Shown here: one piece after another, positions 46,266-58,993 of the stretch
How positions within the stretch are numbered: the first letter of the stretch is position 1
How the letters are laid out: each line of letters begins with the position of its first letter
Assembly: GCA_002269645.1 (NCBI GenBank)
Contig: NIVC01000217.1
Span: 620,001 to 684,000 of the forward strand
DNA length: 64,000 nt
Source of the DNA: Macrostomum lignano
Lineage: Eukaryota
Direction of reading: 5' to 3'
Notes under the pieces: model-generated
Told to the model about the DNA's origin: nothing
The model's database searches: none
The model's input: only the letters and a program-made list of their open reading frames with translations
Position numbers and translations under genes: made by a program

Positions 46266-46541
46266 ATGATTTGCCGAGCAACTTCTCAATCGGCGCGTAA
46301 ACTGCTTCCGCCTCTCCTAGTAGCAATGAGTCTGGCTATTGCCGCTGGAATGTCCGTCGCTAACGATGCGTCGTTTGAACTGCCCGACGATGTTGACCTG
46401 CTGGGTGAGTCGCGATTGCCAAAGTCGCATCCCGAGGCTGAGGTCGCCAACTCGATGCTGACAAAGCTGCTGCAGCAAGGGAGCAGCCGCTATCGATTCG
46501 GCAAGCGGTCGAAGCACCCGTTTGTTGCTCAGGCGTGGTAG
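46266..46541 (+). CDS. Neuropeptide precursor, RxRF-amide (divergent NPF/NPY-like), single exon
   Basis: Hydrophobic signal-like stretch LLPPLLVAMSLAIAAGMSVA, then ...KLLQQGSSRYRF-G-KR (amidation glycine plus dibasic cleavage site). Confidence 0.78.
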   Translation: MICRATSQSARKLLPPLLVAMSLAIAAGMSVANDASFELPDDVDLLGESRLPKSHPEAEVANSMLTKLLQQGSSRYRFGKRSKHPFVAQAW

Positions 46542-47782
46542 CGGATTATCTGGCAGCTGAAGTGGCCTGAGCTGCCGCTGGCAATCGACTTAATTTTCTC
46601 GCAAACCCACTCGGAATATGACTGACTTGCGTAGGCGGACTTTTAGCCTACTATCGAAGTGCGCTGACAGTAATATTTCACCATCTGTTGTTGGCTCTTG
46701 CTTGTGTCTGAGAATAAAATTAGCTCACATTTACATGCTCGGCCTTCCTATGGATTATTTTTAATTTCATTTCTCACTTTAGTTCTTAGGCTAATTTAAC
46801 ATTTTTTGGGAAAATCGAAGCATTGTGGAAATTAACTTTACCGGTATTTGTGCTCTGGCTATTAGTTAGTTAAAAATATTGGGATACGAAGTATAACCGC
46901 GAAGCATAGCTAAATTCCACTTAACACAAAACTGGATGCTAGTGCTATCAAAAGTGACCGCAATTCTCAATGCCAATGAGTTTGTTAAAATCACTTTTTA
47001 TAAATCAACGTCTGGCGATGATGTGAATGTGAATGCCTTCTTAGGATTTTTAATTTCTCTAGTTTGGTTTTATGGTGCAACTGACGTCGCTTGTATCAAG
47101 TGAAGCGTTTATTTACTAGAAGAAACCGCTACAATAAAGATCATCACAAGCATTATGTCAATGCATTCAGCCGTACAGTATGAATTTTATAGTTCATATA
47201 GGCAATAAAGCACACTTGCAACTTTACTCAAGGGAGGATTTGCTGAGATGCCAAAGCTTACATGTAGAGGCGGGAGAATTGCTGACATACCTAGACTCAA
47301 TCAGCAGTATCGATTTTTTAACATTTGCCAAAAGATCGTCATGTACTTGCTTGCTGTTTTCTATTCTATTCTATTTTGTTTTCTTTCCTGAGCAATGACT
47401 TCTAATAGATTTCAGGAAGAATCCAGGAGGGCATCTGTCGGAACGCAGAGCAGCCAAATTCTTAAGGAAGCTTTGGTTGCTAGCAAAATTAGCGCTCGAT
47501 CATATTTGTGTTGCTTCAGTTGTACTGCCCACAGCAGCCAATCCAGGAGGACAGACGTGCGACATTCATCAATTGCCTGCTGGCTGACGACGCTGGCACC
47601 GTGGACGTTGTCTATAGTGCGGACTACGTTCGTGCCCAGGAACGAACTAAGGCAGGCCTGTGACGCTGCTTTTTTGACCTTCTGGTGTAATCATTTTTTA
47701 TCTGTTGATATTGCAAGAGAGAACGGCTTGACACAGTCTCTTAACTTTCTCCAGCAAGTTGTCTTTAATGTAATGATCGTAA

Positions 47783-48420
47783 CCCCGGCAACGAGTTAGC
47801 CGATCGCCTGGCTAAGGCTAAGGCTGGCTCGACCGGTTCTTTTACTGGTCCCCTGCCCGTGCCACCCACCCACACTGTCGTTGTCACCACTCAGATTAAC
47901 CAGTGGGTGGCTTCAAAGCACAGGGAGGAGGTGGGCTAACGCACCCGACTGCCAGCAATCCAGCGCGGCTGTCTCTGATCTTCCTCCGCCTTGTTCAAAG
48001 CCCTGCTCGGACTCAACCGCAGAGACATCAGGGCGGTGACCACGGCCCTCTCGGGTCATGGCTGTTTTGCCAGACATCGCCACCTCCAGGGACAAATCCG
48101 CAGTGTGGAATTCCCATTCTGCCTCTCCGGTGTAGAGAATGCGGAGCACTTCATCTGTGAATACCCCGCCTTTACTCAGGACAGGCTCACCTACCTCGGC
48201 CCAAACCCGGACCGCTACCTGAGGGCTACCGCCGAGCGACAATCCACCTCCTGGACTCTCGGGAGGGGGGACCGCGCTGCGGACATCGGCACCACCGGAT
48301 CTCCCAGCGTGACACCGCAGCACCAGCTGCCCGTGGTCGCCAGGGGTCAGCAGAATGGGCGGCAACGCCTCCTTGCTGTTTCCGGACTCACGGAGCCCCC
48401 TGTAGCTAAGTCAAAGTAAG
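47783..48420 (+). mobile_element. 5'-truncated, decayed non-LTR retrotransposon (RNase H C-terminus plus CCHC zinc knuckle)
   Basis: PGNELADRLAK (RNase H final Asp motif) then, after a frame break, ALSGHGCFARH...FPFCLSGVENAEHFICEYP (degenerate CX2CX8HX3C). Confidence 0.8.
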
Positions 48421-51400
48421 CAAGTCCCCTAACTTTAAAACCTTATAAATTCCTGTATAAATGGTTATAACTGACTCCAAACCTTTGTCTCCAACTCTAA
48501 AATACCGACAAACTCTATTTGTCGGTTAAAAGAGGGTGCACATTCGATCAAAAAAGACTAAAAGCATGAGCAGAAGAATGATGCGTTATGATCCATAATT
48601 AATAGTGAACGTGCACCAGCTTTCAAGGGCGTTGGCTTCGGTCTTTGATAGCGTACATTATAGTCGTGTAGTGTAAAACTATCCCATTTACTAAGCTATC
48701 ATCCAGGTTTTCTTCAGTGTCCACTGCAACTAATTATAACCTCGATCTATTGCGTGAGCAAAAAGATTTGTTTTTGGTTATCGAGTGAGAGACCGAGAGT
48801 AAAAATGTCCAAGCACCTCTTGTTGCCTTCATTTACATTTGGGTAATTCTGGTATTCTATGGACGTACAGCAAGTACAGATGTCATGCATTTTTGCAACA
48901 CAAAATGCTATAGGTCCTCTGAACACATTGAGCGTAGACAGTTCTTGCCTAACACCTGAAGCGTGTTTGATCGCCGATACATGTATGTTTACTCGTATAT
49001 TGCTCGCATAATGACACCAGATTCAAGCAGCCCTTAAATTTTCAAGTGCATGTTTTGAAAGCATCGAACCATGCAGATGAAAAATAACCTTTCCGAGTTT
49101 CGCTGCACGTATAACACCTGGTGATAATTTCGAATTAAATACACATTTGGGATAGGACTCCCTCGAAAAGACAGAAAAAAATTCAATTTAATATTTACGT
49201 GCCGAAAATGGTCAGCAAAACTTCGATCAGACATTTTGTTGGCGCTGCACTGGCTGCTGCATGTGGGGGTAGAAATATCGTCCACGTCAATCAGCAGATT
49301 AAGTGGCAATCAGGGATGACATCAAAGCCATGATTTACGGCGTTCATTTTTGGTTCAGCGATTGCGTGACTCTCGAGATGATGATGAGGGGATTTTAGAT
49401 TGACTGCCCACAGTTGAATTCTATTTTTGAACCGCTTGGCCCTTGCTGCATATTTAAGCAGGGGGTTATCTAATTCACTTGAAAAGCAGCGTTTACAATT
49501 AAGCGAAATTCACATTGAGACAGCTATACATGTAGTTATTCATGTATTTTGGTAGCCAACAGCTTATTAAATTATAGTCAGGTTTCTGAAATGCACAGCT
49601 TCCATCGCTACATTACTTTAATTAAAACTTTAAATGAAAAGCTATACATGCATAGCTAAAGCTAATCTAGATATATAAAAAAAGAAAATTTTGCCCTCTT
49701 TCAAACAAACATTAAGGTAGAAAAGAAGTAGACAAGAATTCATCTTCGAGTTTTTCGAGCCTAACTTTTCAAATGAGGCTACACGTGTTACATATACACA
49801 ACCCCCGTGCAACATGCCGACTGTCCTCCTTACATGTATGTACCCGATGTACATTGTAAATGTACAGCGCGCAGCGTTTCAACTTACCCCAGACATTAAT
49901 AGACGTCGCTGGCAAAATGTATTTCTACGCTATGCCGACAGATGACGATCCGTTATAACCGCGTTGGTTTAATTACATAAGCATAATGTAAAAGTACATG
50001 TACATGTAATAATTTTTGTACGTTGATACATTGTGTGTACACATGAGGACGCGAATTTAAGTTCATATACATTTAAATATTGAGATTTCGGATTTTGGAA
50101 CAAAATTGTTAATTTTCATAACGGCCTACAAAAGTCTGGCGAGGGGGGAGCGATGTCTTGGCTTTTACTGGGGGGGGGGGGGGTTGAACAACACATCTGC
50201 AGGTCCCCCCCCCACTCCGCTGGCGACGACCCACCCGCGCAGCAGCGTCCATAGAAGCGCAACGATGAAAACATCTAAAATGACTTGTTGATATTAAACA
50301 GAATTACTTAGATCAAAAGACAATCGAAATTATTGTTGTACTACATTTACTGTAGGATAAAACTAAACCCTGCCCAGAAAACTATAGCTTCAGACATCAG
50401 ATAATAATGGCGAGCAAATGAACATGATGCACAATGGATAATTGGAGCGGTCTTTGAAAGATAAAAACCGCTATGTAAACCACTTACTCTAACAACAAAG
50501 CTGGGGTCATTCAAAAGCCTCAGATTCTAGAGCCTTAGCCATTTTGCTGGACTAGGTTTCTGTCCTGGTTAAGGCCTATTTTGGGATTACCTTTTGACTA
50601 GATCATGTACAGAACTACAGTTTTGCATGCCTACTAGTAGTATGCGTGAGCTCAGTAGGATTATTTAAACCATAGATAATACAGGGTTATATTCTTGCAT
50701 GTATGATCTTTGATTTAAACTGTATCTACAGTACCTACATGTAATCCTAGCCTAAAGTAATTCTTTATATTAAGCAGGTCGCTTGCTGCGAGTTTCTACT
50801 GTTATCATCACAAAGTTTCTGTTAACTAATTTTGAACACCCCCTAAACGACAAACCTATCAATAGCAACGGAGATTCTAGGAAACCTCGTTTTATTTTTG
50901 TGATAGGCGGGCGAGGCCTCCAACTTCCCCTCGGTGCAAACTTTCCCTCAAATTATCTTCATCGCTCAGCCACGACCACAACCTTTCTCGCCTGATCCAG
51001 AGGAACTCAGCAGCCGGAGCTCCCCTAGTATCCCTAGTTTGTTTAAATTGTTAGAACCGTGAAATCCCACACCGATTTGAATGCAGCAAAGAAATTCCAA
51101 GAAAGAAGCCAGTTAAGAAGAAATCTGAGCATTTCAAGCCTCCGGTCTCGTCCCTATTCAGTTTCAACGCGAAAACACAGAATGCAGACTGAGAGTGCTC
51201 CACAAGTAGCGCATAGTGGGGGTAACAGTATACTATCCCCGATTTGAATTGCCCCAGTGTCAGATTTTGCTGACCCAGAATTCAATTATTCAACAAAGAA
51301 AAAATATTTGCTCGCTAGTCGCTAGGCCCCCAGAATGGTGGCTTGAGATGAAAAATGTTTATCATTGACTCATGGTTCTGTATTGTATCCCTATTAAAAA

Positions 51401-53572
51401 ATTATGTGTATGTAGACTAGACTGGGGGTCTAGCCTAGCACTAGACTAGACTAGAGAAAGGCTTGCTTGTCATCCATCCTTTACAATTGACAACTATTAC
51501 TAATTAAATCCTTGACTCATCAGTACAGTAGGCCCCCTAGTGAATTTTGTACTAGTAAGTAAGTAGGTAGGGTTAGATTAGATGTATTTAATTTAGTGCA
51601 TATATTGAATAATTTATGACTATTTGAGATCAAAACCATTGACATCAAATATTTTATACAATTTTGTATATTTTTGCCAAATTTGTTTGTCACCAAATTG
51701 GTTAGGGGCCTAGCACCCAGCCTAACTAGCTAGGGCTAGGGCCAGGGTAGGGGCCTAGGCAAGGCAATTTAACAATAAGTTTTCAAAAACAATTTTATAG
51801 GCCTATTTTAAATTTCTAATCAATACTTTGTCATTTTTATTTATTTGGGTAAGAACTAATTATTTATAGCTATAGCTAGGCCTATTTTAAAAGTTTTAGT
51901 TTTAAATATTATTTTTTTAATTGCTAAAAGGCTATAAAAATAGGCACTTAATTATATTTGTTGGGATTTTAATACTTATTCTATAATGATATTAATTATT
52001 TTTTCATTTTTTAGACTAATGATTATATAAATAGAAATCAAATATTATTATTTATATATTTAATGATTTAAAGTATATGTAAATGTATAATATAATATAA
52101 TTATAAGCTACTCACAAGAGAAAATAGAGCAGCTAGGATATATTTAATATATTAAGTGTACAAAACAAAAAAATAACTAGGAAAAGTGTGTAAAACAATA
52201 AAGAAAATATAAAAGCAGAAAGGAATGAGGAGAAAGAAAAGAGAAAAGAAAGAAAATAAGAGAGTATTGTAACAATTATCTGGCAGACTCAAAAATGATT
52301 ATCAAAGACCAATATGGCAGAGGCAAATTTTGTAGTGGTAGCACTTGATAATAACAATTGATATGAGTGATGGCCATAGTCTTTATTTATTGTAACCATA
52401 TGAGAGGATATTTAGGCTTGCTATTATCAATTCTGTCTGGGTGGTCAACAGAGATAGGTCAGAGTACTTGCTGAATCCATAAGAAATGCACTAGGCGGCT
52501 ATGCAACAATAAGATAAATGGTAAATGATAGAAAAAGTCAATGAGCCTAAGGCAATGGTGATAATATGATGGCGGTGAACGTGTGGTGGCGGTGCTTGTA
52601 GTGAGAGCTCATACAGACAGTAGAGATGGCATGTCTGAGACTTGGCAGAGGTGTGGTTTAGAACAATGGTAGAGTAAGGCAGAAAGAGAAGGCAAGCAAA
52701 CAAGGAGTGCCGCTGTAAAGGCAGGCAAGAAGTGGGGTGGCAAGGGTCTAAGGCGGGCTAACCCCAAGTGCCCCAACCAGATAGGACTGACAAGGAGCAG
52801 GCTGGGGGTGGGTATATGCAGAGGACTTAATTTTAGGCTAATATAATTTATGTGCAGCTTTTTTATTGGCCAATGAAAAGAACAGAAATTATAATTGCCT
52901 ATCAATTGCCTACTGTACTTAGGCTTTACAAACATATGCAAGTAGTTTAAAATTCTTTGGGCACTACTTTAAGTAGACATGAGGTAAGAGTACCATTAAA
53001 TTAACAATATTATAGATTGGTAACAAATGCTAAAATGGCCCTTGACAGGGCTACTTAAATTGAAAATGTCACAGTGTAAAGAGGAAACAGAAGATAATAT
53101 AGAGAATAAAGAAAGGTATGAAAGCAGAGGAAAGTAGAAAGGAAAAGACACATAAAAAAGCAATGGAGAGAAAAAAGTAAGAGAAAAGAAGAATTTTATA
53201 ATCTAGATCATGCTTTATGATATAGCCTAAATAAATTAATCTTTAGCTTTAGTATTCCAAAGGTTATAACTTTAAATTTGTACCTTGGCTTGAATATATT
53301 GTTTGGCTATATTTAAATGTCATGCAAGATTGATTTTCATACTTTTATTAAAGAAATCAATTTAGTTTTGTTTATAAATATAGATTTGTATCATTTTTGC
53401 AACTTAGATAGGAAATTGACCCCATTAGTATTCGGAAAAGATTAAAATCATGAAATATCAAATTCAAATTTTATTAAAATCTGTTTTTTTTAACACTAAA
53501 GATATTTGAATTAAAGTGTTCTTATGATTCCATATAGCTATGCACTAGGATCAAAGTTTGCATGCTTGATAA

Positions 53573-53976
53573 TAGAGCTGTTGGAAATTAGGATTTGGAT
53601 CGAGATAAGATTCAAGACAAGAAAAGTCTAAAGTCTAGAAATTTCAAGATGAGACAAGATAAGATTAAAAAATTAAAATTAAAAGTATTTATTCATTTAT
53701 AAAACTGCTCAACTAACCTAACCTATCACAGAATTTATCCATTTCAAAATCATCTTGCTGAAATATTAAAAAAAGCACAGGTTCAACAATAGTATTTAGG
53801 TGTTTTAAAGAAAATACTTGCTTAATCAAAAATTTCATTTTAGCAATCCAAAAAGTTTCTTAATTTCTTGAATCTCATCTTGAGATTCTCTACAAAAGTC
53901 AAGATTTCTCAAGACAAGAAAAAATGTCAAGATCTCATCTCAAATCTTGTCTCGTTGAGATCTCGCAACACCTCTA
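53573..53976. mobile_element. hAT-type MITE (TIR TAGAG[C/G]TGTTG, 8-bp TSD with one mismatch)
   Basis: Flanks are CTTGATAA (53565-53572) and CTTGATAG (53977-53984); subterminal CAAGA/TCTTG/GAGATCTC motifs. Confidence 0.65.
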
Positions 53977-54501
53977 CTTGATAGGGCATCTGCACATTTT
54001 CTAGTTATCAATCAATTCCAATTACTAATTTCATTAGCTAGCTCTTGTTAAAATTAAGGGACTACAGCCTAGTAATCAAGTGTGGTGCTCTTAAATGCCA
54101 ATAGCTTTGGTTTGATTCCAAGTGCAGTAATTAATTTTTTGATCAGCAATTTTGCATTTAGCTAAATTGGTTGGGACATTAAGTTTTCTTATCTTTAGTG
54201 TATTTCTCTATCCAAGGTTGAAAAATAAATTATTGAGATCAAAGGTAAGTCATAAAATAGACAAGTGTTTTCATAATTAAAGTCAAAGATATATTTTTAT
54301 TTGGTAAGTTACAAAATAAAGTTGCATGGCCAGTGTAATTTCAAAGTTAAAACTAAAACTATAATAATTAAACTTCTATCTATCTTACTTATAGTAGTAA
54401 TATTGCAAAAAAATTCATTAAATAGTCAAAATAAGACACTATCATATTTAATCTTGCCCTGATGCCACCTTAGAACGATCACACTGTTAAATTGATTCAT
54501 C

Positions 54502-56231
54502 ATGGGCAACACAATACCAGTAGAGATGTGCACCAATTTCGATATGGACGAACTGCGTCGGCTTGGAAAGCGATTTAAAAAGCTGGACATTGACGGATCT
54601 GGCAGTCTGTCAGTTGAGGAGTTCATGACTCTGCCAGAGCTGCAGCAGAATCCCCTGGTTCAGCGTGTTATCGATATATTTGATGTGGATCAAAATGGCG
54701 AAGTGGATTTTAAAGAATTCATCCAAGGCGTTGCACAGTTTTCTGTCAAAGGAGACAAAGATGCTAAATTACGCTTCGCCTTTAAGATCTACGATATTGA
54801 TAAAGATGGCTATATTAGCAATGCGGAACTGTTCAAGGTGAGTCGAATTGAAGACTAGGGTCTAAAATTGAGATCTCAGGTTCTCAAATTGAATACCTCA
54901 GGTTCTCAAATTGAATACCTCAGGTTCTCAAATTGAATACCTCAGGTTCTCAAATTGAATACCTCAGGTTCTCAAATTGAAAATCTCAGGTTCTCAAATT
55001 GAATACCTCAGGTTCTCAAATTGAAGATCTCAGGTTCTCAAATTGAATACCTCAGGTTCTCAAATTGAAGATCTCAGGTTCTCAAATTGAATACCTCAGG
55101 TTCTCAAATTGAAAATCTCAGGTTCTCAAATTGAAAATCTCAGGTTCTCAAATTGAGATCTCAGGTTCTCAAATTGAAGATCTCAGGTTCTCAAATTGAA
55201 TACCTCAGGTTCTCAAATTGAAAATCTCAGGTTCTCTAATTGAAGATCTCAGGTTCTCAAATTGAGATCTCAGGTTCTCAAATTGAAAATCTCAGGTTCT
55301 CAAATTGAAAATCTCAGGTTCTCAAATTGAGATCTCAGGTTCTCAAATTGAAAATCTCAGGTTCTCAAATTGAAAATCTCAGGTTCTCAAATTGAAGATC
55401 TCAGGTTCTCAAATTGAAAATCTCAGGTTCTCAAATTGAAAATCTCAGGTTCTCTAATTGAAGATCTCAGGTTCTCAAATTGAGATCTCAGGTTCTCAAA
55501 TTGAAAATCTCAGGTTCTCAAATTGAAAATCTCAGGTTCTCAAATTGAAAATCTCAGGTTCTCAAATTGAAAATCTCAGGTTCTCAAATTGAAAATCTCA
55601 GGTTCTCAATTGAAAATCTCAGGTTCTCAAATTGAAAGATCTCAGGTTCTCAAATTGAAAGATCTCAGGTTCTCAAATTGAAAATCTCAGGTTCTCAAAT
55701 TGAAAATCTCAGGTTCTCAAATTGAAGATCTCAGGTTCTCAAATTGAAAATCTCAGGTTCTCAAATTAAAGATCTCAGGTTCTCAAATTGAAGATCTCAG
55801 GTTCTCAAATTGAAAATCTCAGGTTCTCAAATTGAAGATCTCAGGTTCTCAAATTGAAGATCTCAGGTTCTCAAATTGAAAATCTCAGGTTCTCAAATTG
55901 AAAATCTCAGGTTCTCAAATTGAGATCTCAGGTTCTCAAATTGAAATTTTAGATTCTCATAAAGATCTCATCCTCATTAATCTCATTATGCTTTTTTATT
56001 ATTATATCTTAGAGAACTAATTTCACAAATCTAGATACCAAAACTCGCATGGTCCTTCAGGTGCTAAAAATGATGGTTGGCAACAACCTGAAAGACGAGC
56101 AGCTGCAACAGATTGTTGACAAAACCATCATATTCGCCGACAAAGATGGAGACGGTAAAATCTCTTACGAAGAGTTCTGCGATATGGTCAGCGGCCTGGA
56201 CATTCACAAGAAGCTGGTGGTTGACATCTAA
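54502..56231 (+). CDS. PPP3R1: Calcineurin subunit B (four EF-hands)
   Basis: Exons 54502-54837 and 56061-56231, 168 aa. MGN myristoylation start, [80 protein letters not shown]. Confidence 0.96.
54865..55945. repeat. 21-23-bp minisatellite CTCAGGTTCTCAAATTGAAAAT (calcineurin B intron)
   Basis: About 49 units. Confidence 0.95.
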
Positions 56232-56904
56232 GCTCAGTTTGATGTTGCTAGCTGTAACTTCGCTTAACAATGCCTACTAACACAGTTAAAGTCTTCCTGA
56301 TGCCTGTGTTTTGCCATCTACTATAATTGATGTGTTATTATTTATACAGGGTTTATGCTGTTGCCAAAGTTTCTTTTTTTACCACCATTTATATTATCCT
56401 ACTATATAAGTATAAGTTATTACTAAGTATGCTAAGACATTGGTGCCCTTTTATTTTAATCGTTTTTCCTACTGATGATGTTAAGTATAGTTCTGACCTC
56501 GATTATATAACTGTCCTGTTGCATTCAATTAGAGCCCCAAAATATTCGCCTCAATCCTTATCCGCCTACAGGTGATCGTTGCGTATTGTTGCTTATTATA
56601 TTAACCTTTATATATCAATATAGGATTCGCAATTTTGTCTATAGTTATTAGTATTAATAACGGATAGATTGCATTGCGCGGTTTTCCATTTATATATTTT
56701 CTACCTTAATGCAGATTATTCTATAACATTATACAGTAATTGTTTAGTCCTTTGTTGTACTAGTAGGTATATTTAACCACCGAAGCCAATATAATGCTAC
56801 TTTTCTCATTTTATTGTTTGAGTATGAGTAATATTGTCTTCTTGATCCAATACAAATTTAAATACACTGTGTTTTAAGAGTGTTTGGCTATAAGTTTTTG
56901 TGCA

Positions 56905-58820
56905 TTCTTGAGCACTTTCAGTCATCATCATCAGATAGTTTATTGGAGCTGTATTCTTGAGTACATCCGGTCATCATAAGGTAGTTTATTGGAGCTGTAT
57001 TCTTGAGCACTTCCGGTCACCATGAAATAGTTTATTGAAGCTGTATTCTTGATCACTTCCGGTCACCATGAAACAGTTTATTGAAGCTGTATTCTTGAGT
57101 ACATCCGGTCATCATAAGGTAGTTTATTGGAGCTGTATTCTTGAGCACATCCGGTCATCATAAGGTAGTTTATTGGAGCTGTATTCTTGAGCACTTCCGG
57201 TCACCATGAAATAGTTTATTGAAGCTGTATTCTTGATCACTTCCGGTCACCATGAAACAGTTTATTGGAGCTGTATTCTTGAGTACATCCGGTCATCATA
57301 AGGTAGTTTATTGGAGCTGTATTCTTGAGCACATCCGGTCATCATAAGGTAGTTTATTGGAGCTGTATTCTTGAGCACTTCCGGTCACCATGAAATAGTT
57401 TATTGAAGCTGTATTCTTGATCACTTCCGGTCACCATGAAACAGTTTATTGGAGCTGTATTCTTGAGTACATCCGGTCATCATAAGGTAGTTTATTGGAG
57501 CTGTATTCTTGAGCACATCCGGTCATCATAAGGTAGTTTATTGGAGCTGTATTCTTGATCACATCCGGTCACCATGAAACAGTTTATTGAAGCTGTATTC
57601 TTGAGCACTTCCGGTCATCATAAGGTAGTTTATTGGAGCTGTATTCTTGAGCACTTCCGGTCATCATAAGGTACTTTATTGGAGCTGTATTCTTGAGCAC
57701 TTCCGGTCATCATGAAATAGTTTATTGAAGCTGTATTCTTGATCACTTCCGGTCACCATGAAACAGTATTGAAGCTGTATTCTTGAGCACATCCGGTCAT
57801 CATAAGGTAGTTTATTGGAGCTGTATTCTTGATCACTTCCGGTCACCATGAAACAGTTTATTGGAGCTGTATTCTTGAGTACATCCGGTCATCATAAGGT
57901 AGTTTATTGGAGCTGTATTCTTGATCACATCCGGTCACCATGAAACAGTTTATTGGAGCTGTATTCTTGAGCACTTCCGGTCATCATAAGGTAGTTTATT
58001 GGAGCTGTATTCTTGAGCACTTCCGGTCATCATCAGCTAGTTTATTGGAGTTGTATTCTTGATCACTTCCGGTCACCATGAAACAGTTTATTGGAGCTGT
58101 ATTCTTGAGCACTTCCGGTCACCATGAAATAGTTTATTGAAGCTGTATTCTTGAGCACTTCCGGTCACCATGAAACAGTTTATTGAAGCTGTATTCTTGA
58201 TCACTTCCGGTCACCATGAAACAGTTTATTGGAGCTGTATTCTTGAGCACTTCCGGTCATCATAAGGTAGTTTATTGGAGCTGTATTCTTGAGCACTTCC
58301 GGTCATCATAAGGTAGTTTATTGGAGCTGTATTCTTGATCACTTCCGGTCACCATGAAACAGTTTATTGGAGCTGTATTCTTGAGCACTTCCGGTCACCA
58401 TGAAATAGTTTATTGAAGCTGTATTCTTGAGCACATCCGGTCATCATAAGGTAGTTTATTGGAGCTGTATTCTTGATCACTTCCGGTCACCATGAAACAG
58501 TTTATTGGAGCTGTATTCTTGAGTACATCCGGTCATCATAAGGTAGTTTATTGGAGCTGTATTCTTGAGCACATCCGGTCATCGTAAGGTAGTTTATTGG
58601 AGCTGTATTCTTGATCACTTCCGGTCACCATGAAACAGTTTATTGGAGCTTTATTCTTGTGCACATCCGGTCATCATCAGGTAGTTTATTGGAGCTGTAT
58701 TCTTGAGCACTTCCGGTCATCATCAGATAGTTTATTGGAGCTGTATTCTTGAGCACATTCGGTTACTATGACGCAGCTTATTAAAGCTCATTCTTGAGCA
58801 TTCTTGAGAACATCCGGTCA
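56905..58820. repeat. 46-bp minisatellite AGTTTATTGGAGCTGTATTCTTGAGCACTTCCGGTCA[TCATAAGGT/CCATGAAAC], intergenic
   Basis: About 41 units in two interleaved variants. Confidence 0.95.
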
Positions 58821-58993
58821 CCAGAAGCTTAGATCATAATGGCAATGTAGCTAGTATCCTTGAACTTAAGGCTTGCTTGAGGATATTTACCCCATTACCT
58901 CAATTCAAATCGTCACTTTCAGGTTTCGAAATGGCCAGTTGCCATAGAGCGCCTGCCTAAGTCTCTTTTCCGTTCCAGAGCCTAGCTGAAGGC

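Noticed and set aside
51000-54400. Long AT-rich stretch with CTAG-rich patches
   Set aside because: No ORFs, RNA gene motifs or regular structure beyond the MITE at 53573; treated as ordinary intergenic or 5' region.
56905-58820. 46-bp array resembling a CRISPR (constant part plus variable part)
   Set aside because: The variable part is only about 9 nt with two recurring variants, there are no unique spacers or cas genes, and the context is eukaryotic.
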